Positions 20,723 to 30,223 of a stretch of DNA of 64,000 bases are shown piece after piece; position 1 is the stretch's first letter, and each line of letters begins with the position of its first letter. Made by a program: the position numbers and the translations under genes. The stretch spans positions 496,001-560,000 of the forward strand of contig NZ_SMNA01000002.1 in NCBI RefSeq assembly GCF_004353825.1. The letters are read 5' to 3'. Origin of the DNA: Occultella glacieicola (lineage in GTDB: Bacteria; Actinomycetota; Actinomycetes; Actinomycetales; Beutenbergiaceae). Under the pieces are notes generated by a model. That model ran no database searches, was not told where the DNA came from, and worked only from the letters and a program-made list of their open reading frames with translations.

Positions 20723-23176
20723 TCAGAGCTTGGTCACCGGGGAGTACCGCAGCAGCAGGCGCTTCACGCCGCTGGCGCCGAAGTCGATCTTCGCGACGGC
20801 GTTCGCGCCGGAGCTCTCGACGGCGATCACCCGCCCCAGGCCGTAGGCGTCGTGGGTCACGCGGTCCCCGACGTCCACCGAGGGCGCGTCCGCGCGGGGC
20901 GTCGCCGAGCCGAACGACGGCGTGTCCGCGCGGGTGGTGCGCACCGGCGGCGCGGACGGTCCCCTGGAGCCGCTGCGACCGCCGTCGGCCCGGTTGCGGT
21001 AGCCGGTGAAGGATCCGCCGCGCAGGACCGCCATCGAGGACTCCCGGCGCTTCCAGTCCATCAGCTCCTCGGGCACGTCGGCGAGGAACCGGCTGGCCGG
21101 CAGCTCGTTGGGCATCCCCCAGGCGGTGCGGACCGCGGCGCGGGACAGGTACAGCCGTTGCCGCGCCCGGGTCAGCGCGACGTACGCGAGGCGCCGTTCC
21201 TCGGCGAGCTCGGTCTCGTCGGCGAGGGAGCGCTGGTGCGGGAAGGTGCCGTCCTCCAGGCCGGTGACGAACACGACCGGAAACTCCAGGCCCTTCGCGG
21301 TGTGCACGGTCATCAGGGTGACCACGCCACGGTCGTCATCGTCGTCGGGGATCTGGTCGGTGTCCGCGACCAGGGCGACCCGTTCGAGGAAGTCGCCGAG
21401 GTCCCCGTCCGGGTCGGAGGCGGAGAACTCCGTGGCGACGGCGTGCAGCTCGGCGAGGTTCTCCACCCGGGAGGCGTCCTGCGGGTCGTCGCTGGCCCGC
21501 AGTTCGGCGAGGTAGCCGGACCGGTCCAGGGCCGTGTCCAGGATCTCCGCCGGGCTCGCGCCACCGGCCGCGAGGTCCCGCAGGCCGGTCATCAGGTCGG
21601 CGAAGCCGCGCACCGCGGTCAGGGACCTGGTGGCCAGGCCGATCACGTTCTCGGCGTCGTCGATGGCGGCGCCGAAGGAGATGCGCTCCCGCTCGGAGTG
21701 TGCGGTCAGCATCGCCTCGGCCCGGTCCCCCACCCCGCGCTTGGGCACGTTCAGGATCCGCCGCAGGTTGATCGCGTCGTCCGGGTTCGCGATCGCGCGC
21801 AGGTAGGCGATCGCGTCCTTGACCTCGCGGCGCTCGTAGAACCGGGTGCCGCCGACCACCTTGTACGGCAGGCCGACCCGGATCAGGACCTCCTCAAGCG
21901 AACGGGACTGGGCGTTGGTCCGGTAGAAGATCGCGACGTCTCCGGGTCGCACACCGTCGGAGTCGCCGAGCCGGTCGATCTCCTCGGCGATGAACCGGGC
22001 CTCCTCGTGGTCGTTGTCCGCGACGTAGCCGACGATCTGCGGGCCGGCACCGCTGTCCGTCCAGAGGTTCTTCGCCCGACGGTCCGGGTTGCGGGAGATG
22101 ACGGCGTTCGCTGCGGTCAGGATCGTCTGGGTGGACCGGTAGTTCTGCTCCAACAGGATCGTGGTGGCGTCCGGGTAGTCGCTCTCGAACTCGACGATGT
22201 TGCGGATCGTCGCGCCACGGAAGGCGTAGATGGACTGGTCGGCGTCACCGACGACGGTGAGTTCCGCCGTCGGCAACTCGTTGTCAGCGCCACCGGCGGC
22301 CGGACCCGAGTCCTCCAGCGGGACGCCGGCGAGCTCGCGGACCAGCATGTACTGGGCGTGGTTGGTGTCCTGGTACTCGTCGACGAGGATGTGCCGGAAT
22401 CGCCGCCGGTAGTGCTCGGCCACGGCCGGGAACGCCTGGAGCAGGTTCACCGTGGTCATGATCAGGTCGTCGAAGTCCAGGGCGTGGGCCTGACGCAGGC
22501 GCTCGTTGTAGAGCCGGTACGCCGCGGCCAGGTTCTGTTCGAACGGGTTGGAGTCCGCGACGGTCCGCGCGTAGTCGTCGGGGTCCACGAGTTCGTTCTT
22601 CAGGTCGGACACCCGGTTCGAGAACGCCTTCGGCGGGAACCGCTTCGGGTCCAGGTCAAGCTCCCGGCAGACCAGAAGCATGAGGCGCTGGGAGTCCGCC
22701 GCGTCGTAGATGGAGAAGTTGGAGCGCAGCCCGAGGGTCTTCGCCTCCCGGCGCAGGATCCGCACGCACGCGGAGTGGAAGGTGGAGACCCACATGTTCC
22801 GTGCGCGCGGCCCGACGAGTTCTCCGACCCGGTCGCGCATCTCGGCCGCCGCCTTGTTCGTGAACGTGATCGCGAGGATCTGGCCCGTGCGGGACCGGCC
22901 GGTGGCGAGCAGGTAGGCGATCCGGTGGGTCAGCACCCGGGTCTTGCCCGACCCGGCACCGGCGATGATCAGCAACTGCCCGCCCTCGTGGATCACGGCT
23001 GCGCGCTGCTGCGGGTTCAGACCCTCGAGCAGCGCCTCCGCGGCCAGCGAGGCCTGCTCGCCGTTCGAGGCGTCGTCGGCGTCCGGATCACGCGGCGGCA
23101 TCACCGTCGGTAGATGGGCGTCGGTGGTGGGTCCGGTCAGACCGGGCAGCGGCAGGTTGTCGAACAATGAGGTCAT
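20723..23176 (-). CDS. pcrA: ATP-dependent DNA helicase PcrA/UvrD1
   Basis: AGAGSGKTRVLT, ILVDEYQDTN, VGDADQSIYAFRGA, LEQNYRS, HTAKGLEF, EERRLAYVALTRA and a C-terminal Tudor-like domain. Confidence 0.97.
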   Translation of the reverse strand: MTSLFDNLPLPGLTGPTTDAHLPTVMPPRDPDADDASNGEQASLAAEALLEGLNPQQRAAVIHEGGQLLIIAGAGSGKTRVLTHRIAYLLATGRSRTGQILAITFTNKAAAEMRDRVGELVGPRARNMWVSTFHSACVRILRREAKTLGLRSNFSIYDAADSQRLMLLVCRELDLDPKRFPPKAFSNRVSDLKNELVDPDDYARTVADSNPFEQNLAAAYRLYNERLRQAHALDFDDLIMTTVNLLQAFPAVAEHYRRRFRHILVDEYQDTNHAQYMLVRELAGVPLEDSGPAAGGADNELPTAELTVVGDADQSIYAFRGATIRNIVEFESDYPDATTILLEQNYRSTQTILTAANAVISRNPDRRAKNLWTDSGAGPQIVGYVADNDHEEARFIAEEIDRLGDSDGVRPGDVAIFYRTNAQSRSLEEVLIRVGLPYKVVGGTRFYERREVKDAIAYLRAIANPDDAINLRRILNVPKRGVGDRAEAMLTAHSERERISFGAAIDDAENVIGLATRSLTAVRGFADLMTGLRDLAAGGASPAEILDTALDRSGYLAELRASDDPQDASRVENLAELHAVATEFSASDPDGDLGDFLERVALVADTDQIPDDDDDRGVVTLMTVHTAKGLEFPVVFVTGLEDGTFPHQRSLADETELAEERRLAYVALTRARQRLYLSRAAVRTAWGMPNELPASRFLADVPEELMDWKRRESSMAVLRGGSFTGYRNRADGGRSGSRGPSAPPVRTTRADTPSFGSATPRADAPSVDVGDRVTHDAYGLGRVIAVESSGANAVAKIDFGASGVKRLLLRYSPVTKL

Positions 23177-23185
23177 GGCCCCTCA

Positions 23186-23207
23186 AGAGTAGGTGCCGGG
23201 ACCGACA
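23186..23207 (-). promoter_or_regulatory. PafBC-type (RecA-NDp) DNA-damage promoter of pcrA
   Basis: TGTCGG-TCCCGGCACC-TACTCT matches TGTCGG-N10-TANNNT exactly, 9 nt before the ATG. Confidence 0.8.
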
Positions 23208-23238
23208 CCGGTGCACTCGGTCCACACCCGCCACCCGC

Positions 23239-23715
23239 TCAGGTCGCGATCACACCCGCCACCCAGGCGCCGATGGCGATCATCGCGCCGGCGAGCTCGA
23301 CGAGGATCGTCACCCCGGTCGCCTTCAGCGCCGACTTCGTGGAGGACCACGCGCGCGCCAGCTCCCGCAGCCGGATCCACTCGGCGAGGAACACCGCGAA
23401 CACGAAGAACAGCGGCAGGCCGACCACCGGCACCACGAAGAACCCGATCACGCCTGCGATCCCACCCCAGACCAGCGTCGAGTTCGGCACTCCGGCGCGC
23501 TTGAGCCCGCGGCCGGCGAGCAGGTACTTGCCCACGCCCGCGGCCACCACGGCCAGGACCCCGATCACGAACACCCACCACGCGCCGCCGCCGGTGACGA
23601 TGGCCCACAGGAGCACCGCGCCGAGCACGATCAGGGAGCCCGGCAGCACCTGGACGACCACGCCGAACAGGCCCACCACCATGATCAGGGCACAGATGAC
23701 CTCGAGTCCGCTCAC
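23239..23715 (-). CDS. DUF456-like membrane protein
   Basis: GLFGVVVQVLPG, GFFVVPVVG and AEWIR motifs; hydrophobic throughout. Confidence 0.8.
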   Translation of the reverse strand: MSGLEVICALIMVVGLFGVVVQVLPGSLIVLGAVLLWAIVTGGGAWWVFVIGVLAVVAAGVGKYLLAGRGLKRAGVPNSTLVWGGIAGVIGFFVVPVVGLPLFFVFAVFLAEWIRLRELARAWSSTKSALKATGVTILVELAGAMIAIGAWVAGVIAT

Positions 23716-23745
23716 CGGATCAGTGTGCCCGAAGCCTCACGTGAG

Positions 23746-23844
23746 CTCGAGCGTGCTGTTGTGGCAGCCACTTCAGCACTCCCACCACCCGGCGTCGCGC
23801 CGCAGCAACTCGAGGGTGCTGTTGTGGCAGCCACTTCAGCACTC
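23746..23844. repeat. Doublet of 36-bp palindromic direct repeats with a 27-bp spacer
   Basis: CTCGAG(C/G)GTGCTGTTGTGGCAGCCACTTCAGCACTC at 23746-23781 and 23809-23844, 35/36 identical. Confidence 0.9.
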
Positions 23845-23903
23845 TCGGCGGGACGGTCCGCGCCGTGGTGCGGTGGCCATCGCCCGGGTCGTTGGGGGCT
23901 ACC

Positions 23904-24272
23904 TCACGGGCCCTGGTCCTGGACGCCTTCGTAGTAGGCGATCTTGTCCCGCAGGTGCCGCCGCCACCGGCGCAACTGCGCCATCTGCTCGGTCACGGCC
24001 TCGTCGTGCTGGCGCAGGATCTCCAGGCGCTCCGCGACCGAACCGTCGTTGACGGTGAGGTCGGCGTACCGCTGCATCTGGGCGATCGGCATCCCGGTGT
24101 CCCGCAGGCACCGCAGGATCTCCAGCCAGGCCAGGTCCCGGTCGGTGAACACGCGGCGTCCGCCCGGGTCCCGGGCGATGTCGTAGAGGAGCCCGACCCG
24201 TTCGTAGTACCGCAGCGTCTCGATGGTGAATCCGCTGCGGGCCACGGTCTCGGCGGGCGTGTAGGTGGCCAT
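23904..24272 (-). CDS. MerR-family transcriptional regulator
   Basis: TLRYYERVGLL, GGRRVF and LRDTGMPI, followed by a coiled coil. Confidence 0.93.
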   Translation of the reverse strand: MATYTPAETVARSGFTIETLRYYERVGLLYDIARDPGGRRVFTDRDLAWLEILRCLRDTGMPIAQMQRYADLTVNDGSVAERLEILRQHDEAVTEQMAQLRRWRRHLRDKIAYYEGVQDQGP

Positions 24273-24277
24273 GCCCC

Positions 24278-24341
24278 ATGGTGCGCCCGGGCGCGTTCTC
24301 GATCAAGGCCTTGACCTGTAGCGCGCTCCAGGTTCCACGCT
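24278..24341. promoter_or_regulatory. Back-to-back promoters with a MerR operator
   Basis: Plus strand: TTGACC-19 bp-CACGCT, overlapped by the dyad ACCTGTAGCGCGCTCCAGGT, 7 nt before the AKR ATG. Minus strand: TTGATC-17 bp-CACCAT, 5 nt before the merR ATG. Confidence 0.8.
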
Positions 24342-24348
24342 GGATGCC

Positions 24349-25368
24349 ATGAACACCACGACCACCACATCACAGCCCTTCGACCACCCGACCACCACGA
24401 CGTCGACCGGCGACGCCGCACCGAGCACGCCGACCGTCGCCCTGGGCGCCATGCTGTTCGGCACCACGATCGACGAGCCCACCGCCTTCGACCTCCTGGA
24501 CGCCTACGTGGACGCCGGGGGCGTGTGGATCGACACCGCCGACTGCTACGCGTTCTGGGCCGACCCGAGCGGATACGGCGGCCAGAGCGAGGAGCTCCTC
24601 GGCCGCTGGCTCAAGGCCCGACCCGGTGTCCGGGACCGGGTCCGGATCGCCACCAAGGTCGGCTGCGAGTGCGTCACCCCGAACAGCTGGCCCGAGGTCT
24701 CCGAAGGGCTCGCCCCGCAGGTGATCCGGGACGTCGCCGAGCAGAGCCTGCGCCGGATGGGCATCGACCACATCGACCTGTACTGGGCCCACCGCGACGA
24801 CCGGGACGTGGACCAGGCCGAGAACGTCGCCGCGTTCGGCGCCCTGGTCGCCGAGGGGAAGGTCGGCCGCCTCGGGCACTCGAACACCGCACTGTGGCGC
24901 ACCGAACGGGCGCGGGGGCTCGCGGCCGGTCTCGGGGTCGCCGGCCCGACGGCCCTGCAACTGCGGTACAGCTACCTGCAGCCCCGGCCGATGGTGCGTG
25001 GCCGCGACCACGACCACCGGTTCGGCTTCGTCACCGACGAGGTCCTCGACTACGCGGCCGGCGACCCGGACGTGAGCGTCTGGGCGTACAGCCCACTCAT
25101 GTCCGGCGCCTACGAACGGGCCGACCGCCCGGTCTCGGAGGCCTTCGAGCACGTCGGGACCACGCGCCGGCTCGCGGCGCTCGCGGAGGTGGCCGACGCC
25201 GTCGGGCACTCGCGCAGCGAGGTCGTGCTGTCCTGGATGACCGGCGGGACCCCGTCGATCACCCCCATCCTCGGGGTCAGCGACCTGGACCAGCTGGCGA
25301 CCGGTCTGGCCGGCGCCACCCTCGTCCTGCCGACGGAGCTGCGCGCCCGGCTCGAGGACGCCTGGTGA
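24349..25368 (+). CDS. Aldo/keto reductase
   Basis: LGAMLFG, IDTADCY, IATKVG, IDLYWAH and AYSPL motifs. Confidence 0.93.
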   Translation: MNTTTTTSQPFDHPTTTTSTGDAAPSTPTVALGAMLFGTTIDEPTAFDLLDAYVDAGGVWIDTADCYAFWADPSGYGGQSEELLGRWLKARPGVRDRVRIATKVGCECVTPNSWPEVSEGLAPQVIRDVAEQSLRRMGIDHIDLYWAHRDDRDVDQAENVAAFGALVAEGKVGRLGHSNTALWRTERARGLAAGLGVAGPTALQLRYSYLQPRPMVRGRDHDHRFGFVTDEVLDYAAGDPDVSVWAYSPLMSGAYERADRPVSEAFEHVGTTRRLAALAEVADAVGHSRSEVVLSWMTGGTPSITPILGVSDLDQLATGLAGATLVLPTELRARLEDAW

Positions 25369-25380
25369 CGCCGAGGACCG

Positions 25381-25728
25381 TCAGGTCCAGAGCACCGCGA
25401 TCGCGATGTTCACGACGGTGAGGCCGGCGATCCCGCCGAGGTAACCCTTGGTGACCTTCTCGGAGTTCCGGGAGCCGTAGATCACGAGGCCGGTGACGAC
25501 CAGGGCGATGATGAGCTTCACGCCGATCTTGATGTTGTTCGGGTCGCCGCCGGCCACGCCGGACGACGCCAGACCGACCATCAGGATCCCGCTGATCAGG
25601 GCGGTGAGGATGCCGTGCACCGTGCCCTTGTACAGCGTGGCCGACTTCAGGCCGGCGAGGGTGCCGCCGAGCACGATGGCCCATCCGATCAGGTGGAGGA
25701 CGAGCAGGATCCCGTAGACGATGTCCAT
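25381..25728 (-). CDS. Hypothetical four-TM membrane protein
   Basis: LHLIGWA, HG and KIGVKL motifs in hydrophobic helices; TAGTGT -10 just upstream of the ATG. Confidence 0.8.
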   Translation of the reverse strand: MDIVYGILLVLHLIGWAIVLGGTLAGLKSATLYKGTVHGILTALISGILMVGLASSGVAGGDPNNIKIGVKLIIALVVTGLVIYGSRNSEKVTKGYLGGIAGLTVVNIAIAVLWT

Positions 25729-25779
25729 GATCCTGACACTACGTCAGAACATCGCGGCGGGGCCAATCGCCGGTTCGGC

Positions 25780-26427
25780 TCAGGCCGGGCCGGCGAACGC
25801 GTCCGCGATCGGCGTGTCACCGCCCGTGAAGCCGAGGGTCCGGCCGACCGAGCGAGGATCGGCGAGGGCCTGTGCCACGACCGCGGCGACGTCCTCGCGG
25901 GCGACCCCGCCGGTGTCCGCCCCCACGGCGATCCTGCCGGTGCCCGGGTCGTCGGTGAGCCGTCCGGGCGCGACGATCGTCCAGTCCAGGGCGGTGCCAC
26001 GCAGGTGCTCGTCGGCGGCCGCCTTCGCTTGCGCGTACGGGAAGAAGCCCGAGTCCTCGGGGACCCCGTGGTCGAGGCGCGCGCCCTGGTAGGACACCAT
26101 CACGTAGCGCAGCACGCCGACGAGCTGGGCGGCGTCCATCGAGCGGATCGCGGCATCACGGTCGACGGCGTAGGTCCGGTCCGGGTTGCCGCCGCCGGCT
26201 CCTGCGGACCACACCACCGCGTCGTGGCCGGCGAGGCTCTCGGAGATCTGCGTGGCCGAGAGGTTCTCCACGTCGGCGACGAGCGCCGTCGCCCCGGTCG
26301 CCTCGACGGCGGGACCGTGGTCGGGGTTACGGATCAGCGAGGTGACCGCGTGCCCCTCCCGGACCAGGATGCGGCTCAGGTGCAGGGCGACCTTGCCGTG
26401 GCCGCCGATGATCGCGATGAGGGACAT
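25780..26427 (-). CDS. Atypical SDR / NAD(P)-binding protein
   Basis: IIGGHGKVA, WSAGAGGG, YAQAKAAAD and LDWTIVAPG. Confidence 0.9.
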   Translation of the reverse strand: MSLIAIIGGHGKVALHLSRILVREGHAVTSLIRNPDHGPAVEATGATALVADVENLSATQISESLAGHDAVVWSAGAGGGNPDRTYAVDRDAAIRSMDAAQLVGVLRYVMVSYQGARLDHGVPEDSGFFPYAQAKAAADEHLRGTALDWTIVAPGRLTDDPGTGRIAVGADTGGVAREDVAAVVAQALADPRSVGRTLGFTGGDTPIADAFAGPA

Positions 26428-26476
26428 GTTCCTGCCTTCGTCTCGGGTGCTCGCCGGGCGCGGATGGTGCCGGCCG

Positions 26477-27127
26477 CTACAGCAACCTTCGCACGGCGGC
26501 CCAGCGGGTCAACTCGTGCCGGGACGAGAGCTGCAGTTTGCGCAGCACGGCGGAGACGTGCGTCTCGACGGTCTTGATCGAGATGAACAGCTCGCCGGCG
26601 ACCTCCCGGTAGGTGTACCCGCGGGCGATCAGCCGCATGACCTCCTGCTCGCGGGCGGACAACCGGTCGAGCTCGTCGTCGGCGACGGCGACGTCCGCGG
26701 CCGCGGTGCCGAACGCATCCAGCACGAACCCCGCCAGTCGCGGCGAGAACACGGCGTCCCCGCCGGCGACCCGGCGCACCGCGTCGGAGAGGTCGGCACC
26801 GTTGATCGCCTTGGTGACGTACCCGCGAGCGCCCGCCCGGATGACCGAGACCACGTCCTCGCTGGCGTCCGAGACCGACAGGGCCAGGAACGTGACCTCA
26901 CCGAGCAGGTCCGTGCAGCCGGCCAGGACCTCCGCCCCGCCACCGCCCTGGCCGCCGGGAAGGTGCACGTCCAGGAGCACCACGTCGGGCCGGTGCGCGT
27001 GCACCACCGAGATCGCGGACGGGACGTCGTCGGCCTCGCCGACCACCTCGAGGTCGTCCGCCAGCTCCGATCGCACGCCGGCCCGGATCATCCGGTGGTC
27101 GTCGACGAGTACCAGTCGCAGGGTCAT
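26477..27127 (-). CDS. NarL/LuxR-family response regulator
   Basis: LVDDH, VLLDV, GARGYVTK and the LSAREQEV...ISIKTVETHVS HTH. Confidence 0.95.
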   Translation of the reverse strand: MTLRLVLVDDHRMIRAGVRSELADDLEVVGEADDVPSAISVVHAHRPDVVLLDVHLPGGQGGGGAEVLAGCTDLLGEVTFLALSVSDASEDVVSVIRAGARGYVTKAINGADLSDAVRRVAGGDAVFSPRLAGFVLDAFGTAAADVAVADDELDRLSAREQEVMRLIARGYTYREVAGELFISIKTVETHVSAVLRKLQLSSRHELTRWAAVRRLL

Positions 27128-28407
27128 GTGTCTTCGCCTCCATCGCCGCGGGGCATCGTCAGGTGGATCTCGGTGCCTCGGGTGGCATCACTACGGATCG
27201 TCGCCGTCCCGCCGTGCCGGCGCATCCGGTCCAGGATCGAGTCGCGCACGCCGTGCCGGTCGTCGGGCACGCCGGCGAGGTCGAAACCGTCGCCGCGGTC
27301 CCGCACGAAGACGTCCACGCTCTCGGCGCCGATCTCCACGTACAGCGAGATCGGTGCCCGGCCGTGCCGGACGGCGTTCGCGAGGGCCTCGCGGGTGGCC
27401 GCGGCCAGGGGTGTGGTGCCGTCGTCCGGCCGGGCGTCGCCGGCCGTGACCACGTCGACCGGGACACCGTGGGAGTCCTCGACGTCGGCGGCGACCTGGC
27501 GCACCATGGCCGCGACCGAGTCACCGACCTCCGGTCGGTCGGAGTAGAGCCAGTCCCGCAGCTCGCGCTCCTGCGCGCGGGCCAGGCGCCGCACGTACTG
27601 CGGGTCATCGGCACGGGAGCGGATCAGGGAGAGGGTCTGCAGCACGGAATCGTGCAGGTGCGCGGCGATGTCGGCACGTTCGGACTCGCGGGCCCGGGCG
27701 GCGCGCTCGGCGACGAGTTCGCGCCACAGCCGCAGCCCGAGCGGGGCGAGCACCACGGCGGTGCCGGCCAGGATCGCCAACCCCGCGACGGCGCCGCGGA
27801 ACACCTCGGGGAACGTCTGCCCCTGGCCGACCAGCAGCAGCACCCCGACGAGGGCGAGCGCGAGGCCACCGCCGACGCGCAGCAACACGGTGGCCCGGCG
27901 GGCTGGCTCCCCCGCCTGCCGCTGTCGCTCGACGGCACCGAGCTGGCTCCAGGCGAGTGCGGCGCCACCGAGCAGGACCAGAACCGGCAGGATCCAGGTC
28001 GAGGAGATGTCCAGGTCCGCGCGGCCGGCGAGCAGCGCGACCGCGACCACGATGAGGACGACGGCGAGCACGAGGTCCCAGATCGGCCTGGCGGTCGTGC
28101 GCGACCGCAGTCTGGGCACCAGGCGGCTGAGCCGGGTCGGGCGGGCCTGCGCGGCCTCCTCCTGCGGATCGCCGGTCGGAACCGTGAGCAGGAACCAGAC
28201 GTACAGGGCGATCCCGGCGCCGAGGAACAGACCGAGCACCGCGAAGGCGATCCGCACCCATCGCACATCCACGCCCAGGTGCGCGGCCAGCCCGGCGCAG
28301 ACTCCGCCGATGACCCGGCCCTGGCGCAGCCGGCGCAGCGGAACGTGGCCCGCGGTCCGCCAGGGCGGGATCCAGGGCCGGCTCACGCGAAGGTCGGGCT
28401 GACTCAC
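27124..28407 (-). CDS. Sensor histidine kinase with N-terminal PspC domain
   Basis: PspC motif GRVIGGVCAGLAAHLG, TM helices, AHLHDSVLQTL H-box, EALANAVRHG and DRGDGF. Overlaps the regulator start by 4 bp. Confidence 0.92.
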   Translation of the reverse strand: MSQPDLRVSRPWIPPWRTAGHVPLRRLRQGRVIGGVCAGLAAHLGVDVRWVRIAFAVLGLFLGAGIALYVWFLLTVPTGDPQEEAAQARPTRLSRLVPRLRSRTTARPIWDLVLAVVLIVVAVALLAGRADLDISSTWILPVLVLLGGAALAWSQLGAVERQRQAGEPARRATVLLRVGGGLALALVGVLLLVGQGQTFPEVFRGAVAGLAILAGTAVVLAPLGLRLWRELVAERAARARESERADIAAHLHDSVLQTLSLIRSRADDPQYVRRLARAQERELRDWLYSDRPEVGDSVAAMVRQVAADVEDSHGVPVDVVTAGDARPDDGTTPLAAATREALANAVRHGRAPISLYVEIGAESVDVFVRDRGDGFDLAGVPDDRHGVRDSILDRMRRHGGTATIRSDATRGTEIHLTMPRGDGGEDT

Positions 28408-28468
28408 CTCGCCATCGTGGCACGCCGACGGGGCGATCGGGCCGCCGGAGGCCCGATCCGGCCCGGAA

Positions 28469-28564
28469 TCAGGGGCGTCGGACGCCGATATCAGGGGATC
28501 CCCCGATCCGGGTGCGCCGGCGGTCGGGACCGGCGGATCAGGGACGGTTCAGGGTCATACCCGA
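28469..28564. promoter_or_regulatory. Cluster of TCAGGG boxes between the divergent pspC genes
   Basis: TCAGGG at 28469, 28491, 28538 and 28549. Two of them form imperfect dyads TCAGGG-N4-(C/A)CCCGA. Confidence 0.55.
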
Positions 28565-28600
28565 TGGTCGGCGCGGGCCCGACGGGAGTTGACTTGGCCC

Positions 28601-30223
28601 ATGAGCACAGACAACTCCGCCGGCGCACCGCCGCCACGACCCCCGGCACCGGGGCCTTCGAGCACCGACTCCTTCTTCGACTCGCTGCGCCGCAGCCGGA
28701 TGCCGCGGACCACCGATCGCTGGATCGGTGGGGTGGCCGCCGGGATCGCGCGACGCCTGAACATCGACCCGCTGATCGTGCGCGGCGTGCTCGTCGTGAT
28801 GACCCTGTTCGGCGGGCTCGGCCTGTTCCTGTACGGGCTCGGCTGGGCCCTGCTGCCGGAGGAGACCGACGGCCGGATCCACCTCCAGGAGGCGATCCGC
28901 GGCCGGTTCGACGCGGCCCTCGCGGGAGCGATCGCCTTCGTGCTCGTCGGTGCGTCCCGACTCGGGTTCTGGTGGGACAACATGTGGTGGGGCGGGGAGT
29001 TCTTCGGCACCGTCCTGGTGCTCGGGGCCATCGCCCTGGTGATCTGGCTGATCGTCTCCGCCCGGCGGAACGGGAAGGACGCCGGAGGGACGCCGAACCA
29101 GCAGGCCACGATGATGCCGCCGCTCGGCCCGACCCCGCCGCCCGCGCCCGGCCAGCCGGCCGACCACGGCCCGGCGACCTGGGCGAACGCGGCGGCACCG
29201 ACGTCGACGACCACCGAGTCGTCCGAAGGAACCGCAGCGGCCGGCCACTCCGGCCCACCGCCCGCGGCCGACCCGGCGCTCCCCGACGGCTCCGACGCGT
29301 ACGCCGACCCGGCCGGTACGGCGTTCGCGGCCGAGACCGGCTGGTCGGGCCGGGTGCCGCCGTCCGGTCCCACGTACCCCACGCCCGGTCCGGATCCCTA
29401 CGCGACCTATCCGACGCCGTCGGGCACCGGTCCTCACTCCGCCCACCCGACCACCTGGGCGCCGGCTCCGGCACCCGTGCCCGTGCCCGTGCCCACTGTG
29501 CCCGCCAGGCCCCGGACTCCCGGTCCCGGCCGGCTCCTGACCCGCCTGGTGCTCGGCCTCACGCTGATCGCGATCGCCTCGCTGTGGCTGCTCGAGTACG
29601 TCGGCGACGTGGTCGTCGGCGGCTGGCTCACGGGGATCGGCGTCGTGCTGATCCTGCTCGGCATCGGCGTCGGCGTCGCGGGTCTGCTCGGCCGCAGGTC
29701 CGGCGGGCTCGGCGTGGTCGCGGTCCTGATCGCGCTGATCGGGGTGCCCTGGGCGGCGGTCGAGGGATCCACGAACTTCGGCGACTTCCGGTGGACGGAG
29801 TCCAGCAGCTACGGGGACGCCCGCTGGGTCCCGCAGGACGCGGCCGAGCTCGAGCAGGGCTTCGACGACATCGCCGGGGGTGAGGTGACCGTCGACCTCA
29901 CCGAACTCGACGGCACCGTCCGGCTCGACGACCCGGTGAACCTCGGCATCGGAGCCGGCCAGCTCAACCTCCGCGTCCCGGAGGGCATGTCGGTCCGGAT
30001 CGAGGCCGAAGTGCTCGGTGAGGTGGTCGCCCGGACCAGCGATGGCTGGACCGGTGGCTACGCCGACGACCGGCCCGCGCCGATCGAGAACAACCAGTGG
30101 CGCACCAGCCCCAGCCGCGGGGTCGTCCTGATCTCGCCGGCCGCGCAGTCCGGTGAGCCCGACCTGACCATCGTGATCGACGCCGGTGTCGGCGAGATCC
30201 GGATCCTCGAGGAGTCCGCATGA
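28601..30223 (+). CDS. PspC-domain membrane protein with Pro-rich linker and C-terminal extracellular domain
   Basis: RWIGGVAAGIARRLNIDPLIVR..YGLGWALLPE, then TMs and a C-terminal GEVTVDLT...DAGVGEIRI beta-rich (LiaF/toastrack-like) region. Confidence 0.88.
   Translation: MSTDNSAGAPPPRPPAPGPSSTDSFFDSLRRSRMPRTTDRWIGGVAAGIARRLNIDPLIVRGVLVVMTLFGGLGLFLYGLGWALLPEETDGRIHLQEAIRGRFDAALAGAIAFVLVGASRLGFWWDNMWWGGEFFGTVLVLGAIALVIWLIVSARRNGKDAGGTPNQQATMMPPLGPTPPPAPGQPADHGPATWANAAAPTSTTTESSEGTAAAGHSGPPPAADPALPDGSDAYADPAGTAFAAETGWSGRVPPSGPTYPTPGPDPYATYPTPSGTGPHSAHPTTWAPAPAPVPVPVPTVPARPRTPGPGRLLTRLVLGLTLIAIASLWLLEYVGDVVVGGWLTGIGVVLILLGIGVGVAGLLGRRSGGLGVVAVLIALIGVPWAAVEGSTNFGDFRWTESSSYGDARWVPQDAAELEQGFDDIAGGEVTVDLTELDGTVRLDDPVNLGIGAGQLNLRVPEGMSVRIEAEVLGEVVARTSDGWTGGYADDRPAPIENNQWRTSPSRGVVLISPAAQSGEPDLTIVIDAGVGEIRILEESA

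Noticed and set aside
20483..23113. Long antisense or alternative-frame ORFs (e.g. 876 aa here, 27163-29883, 40494-42989, the N-terminal part of 43309-46323)
   Set aside because: Shadow ORFs expected in very high-GC DNA; they overlap well-supported genes and have R/G/P- or V/H/Q-biased composition with no motifs.
23746..23844. Calling the repeat doublet a bona fide CRISPR array
   Set aside because: Only two repeats and one short spacer, no AT-rich leader and no cas genes in the window. Kept as a repeat and a finding.
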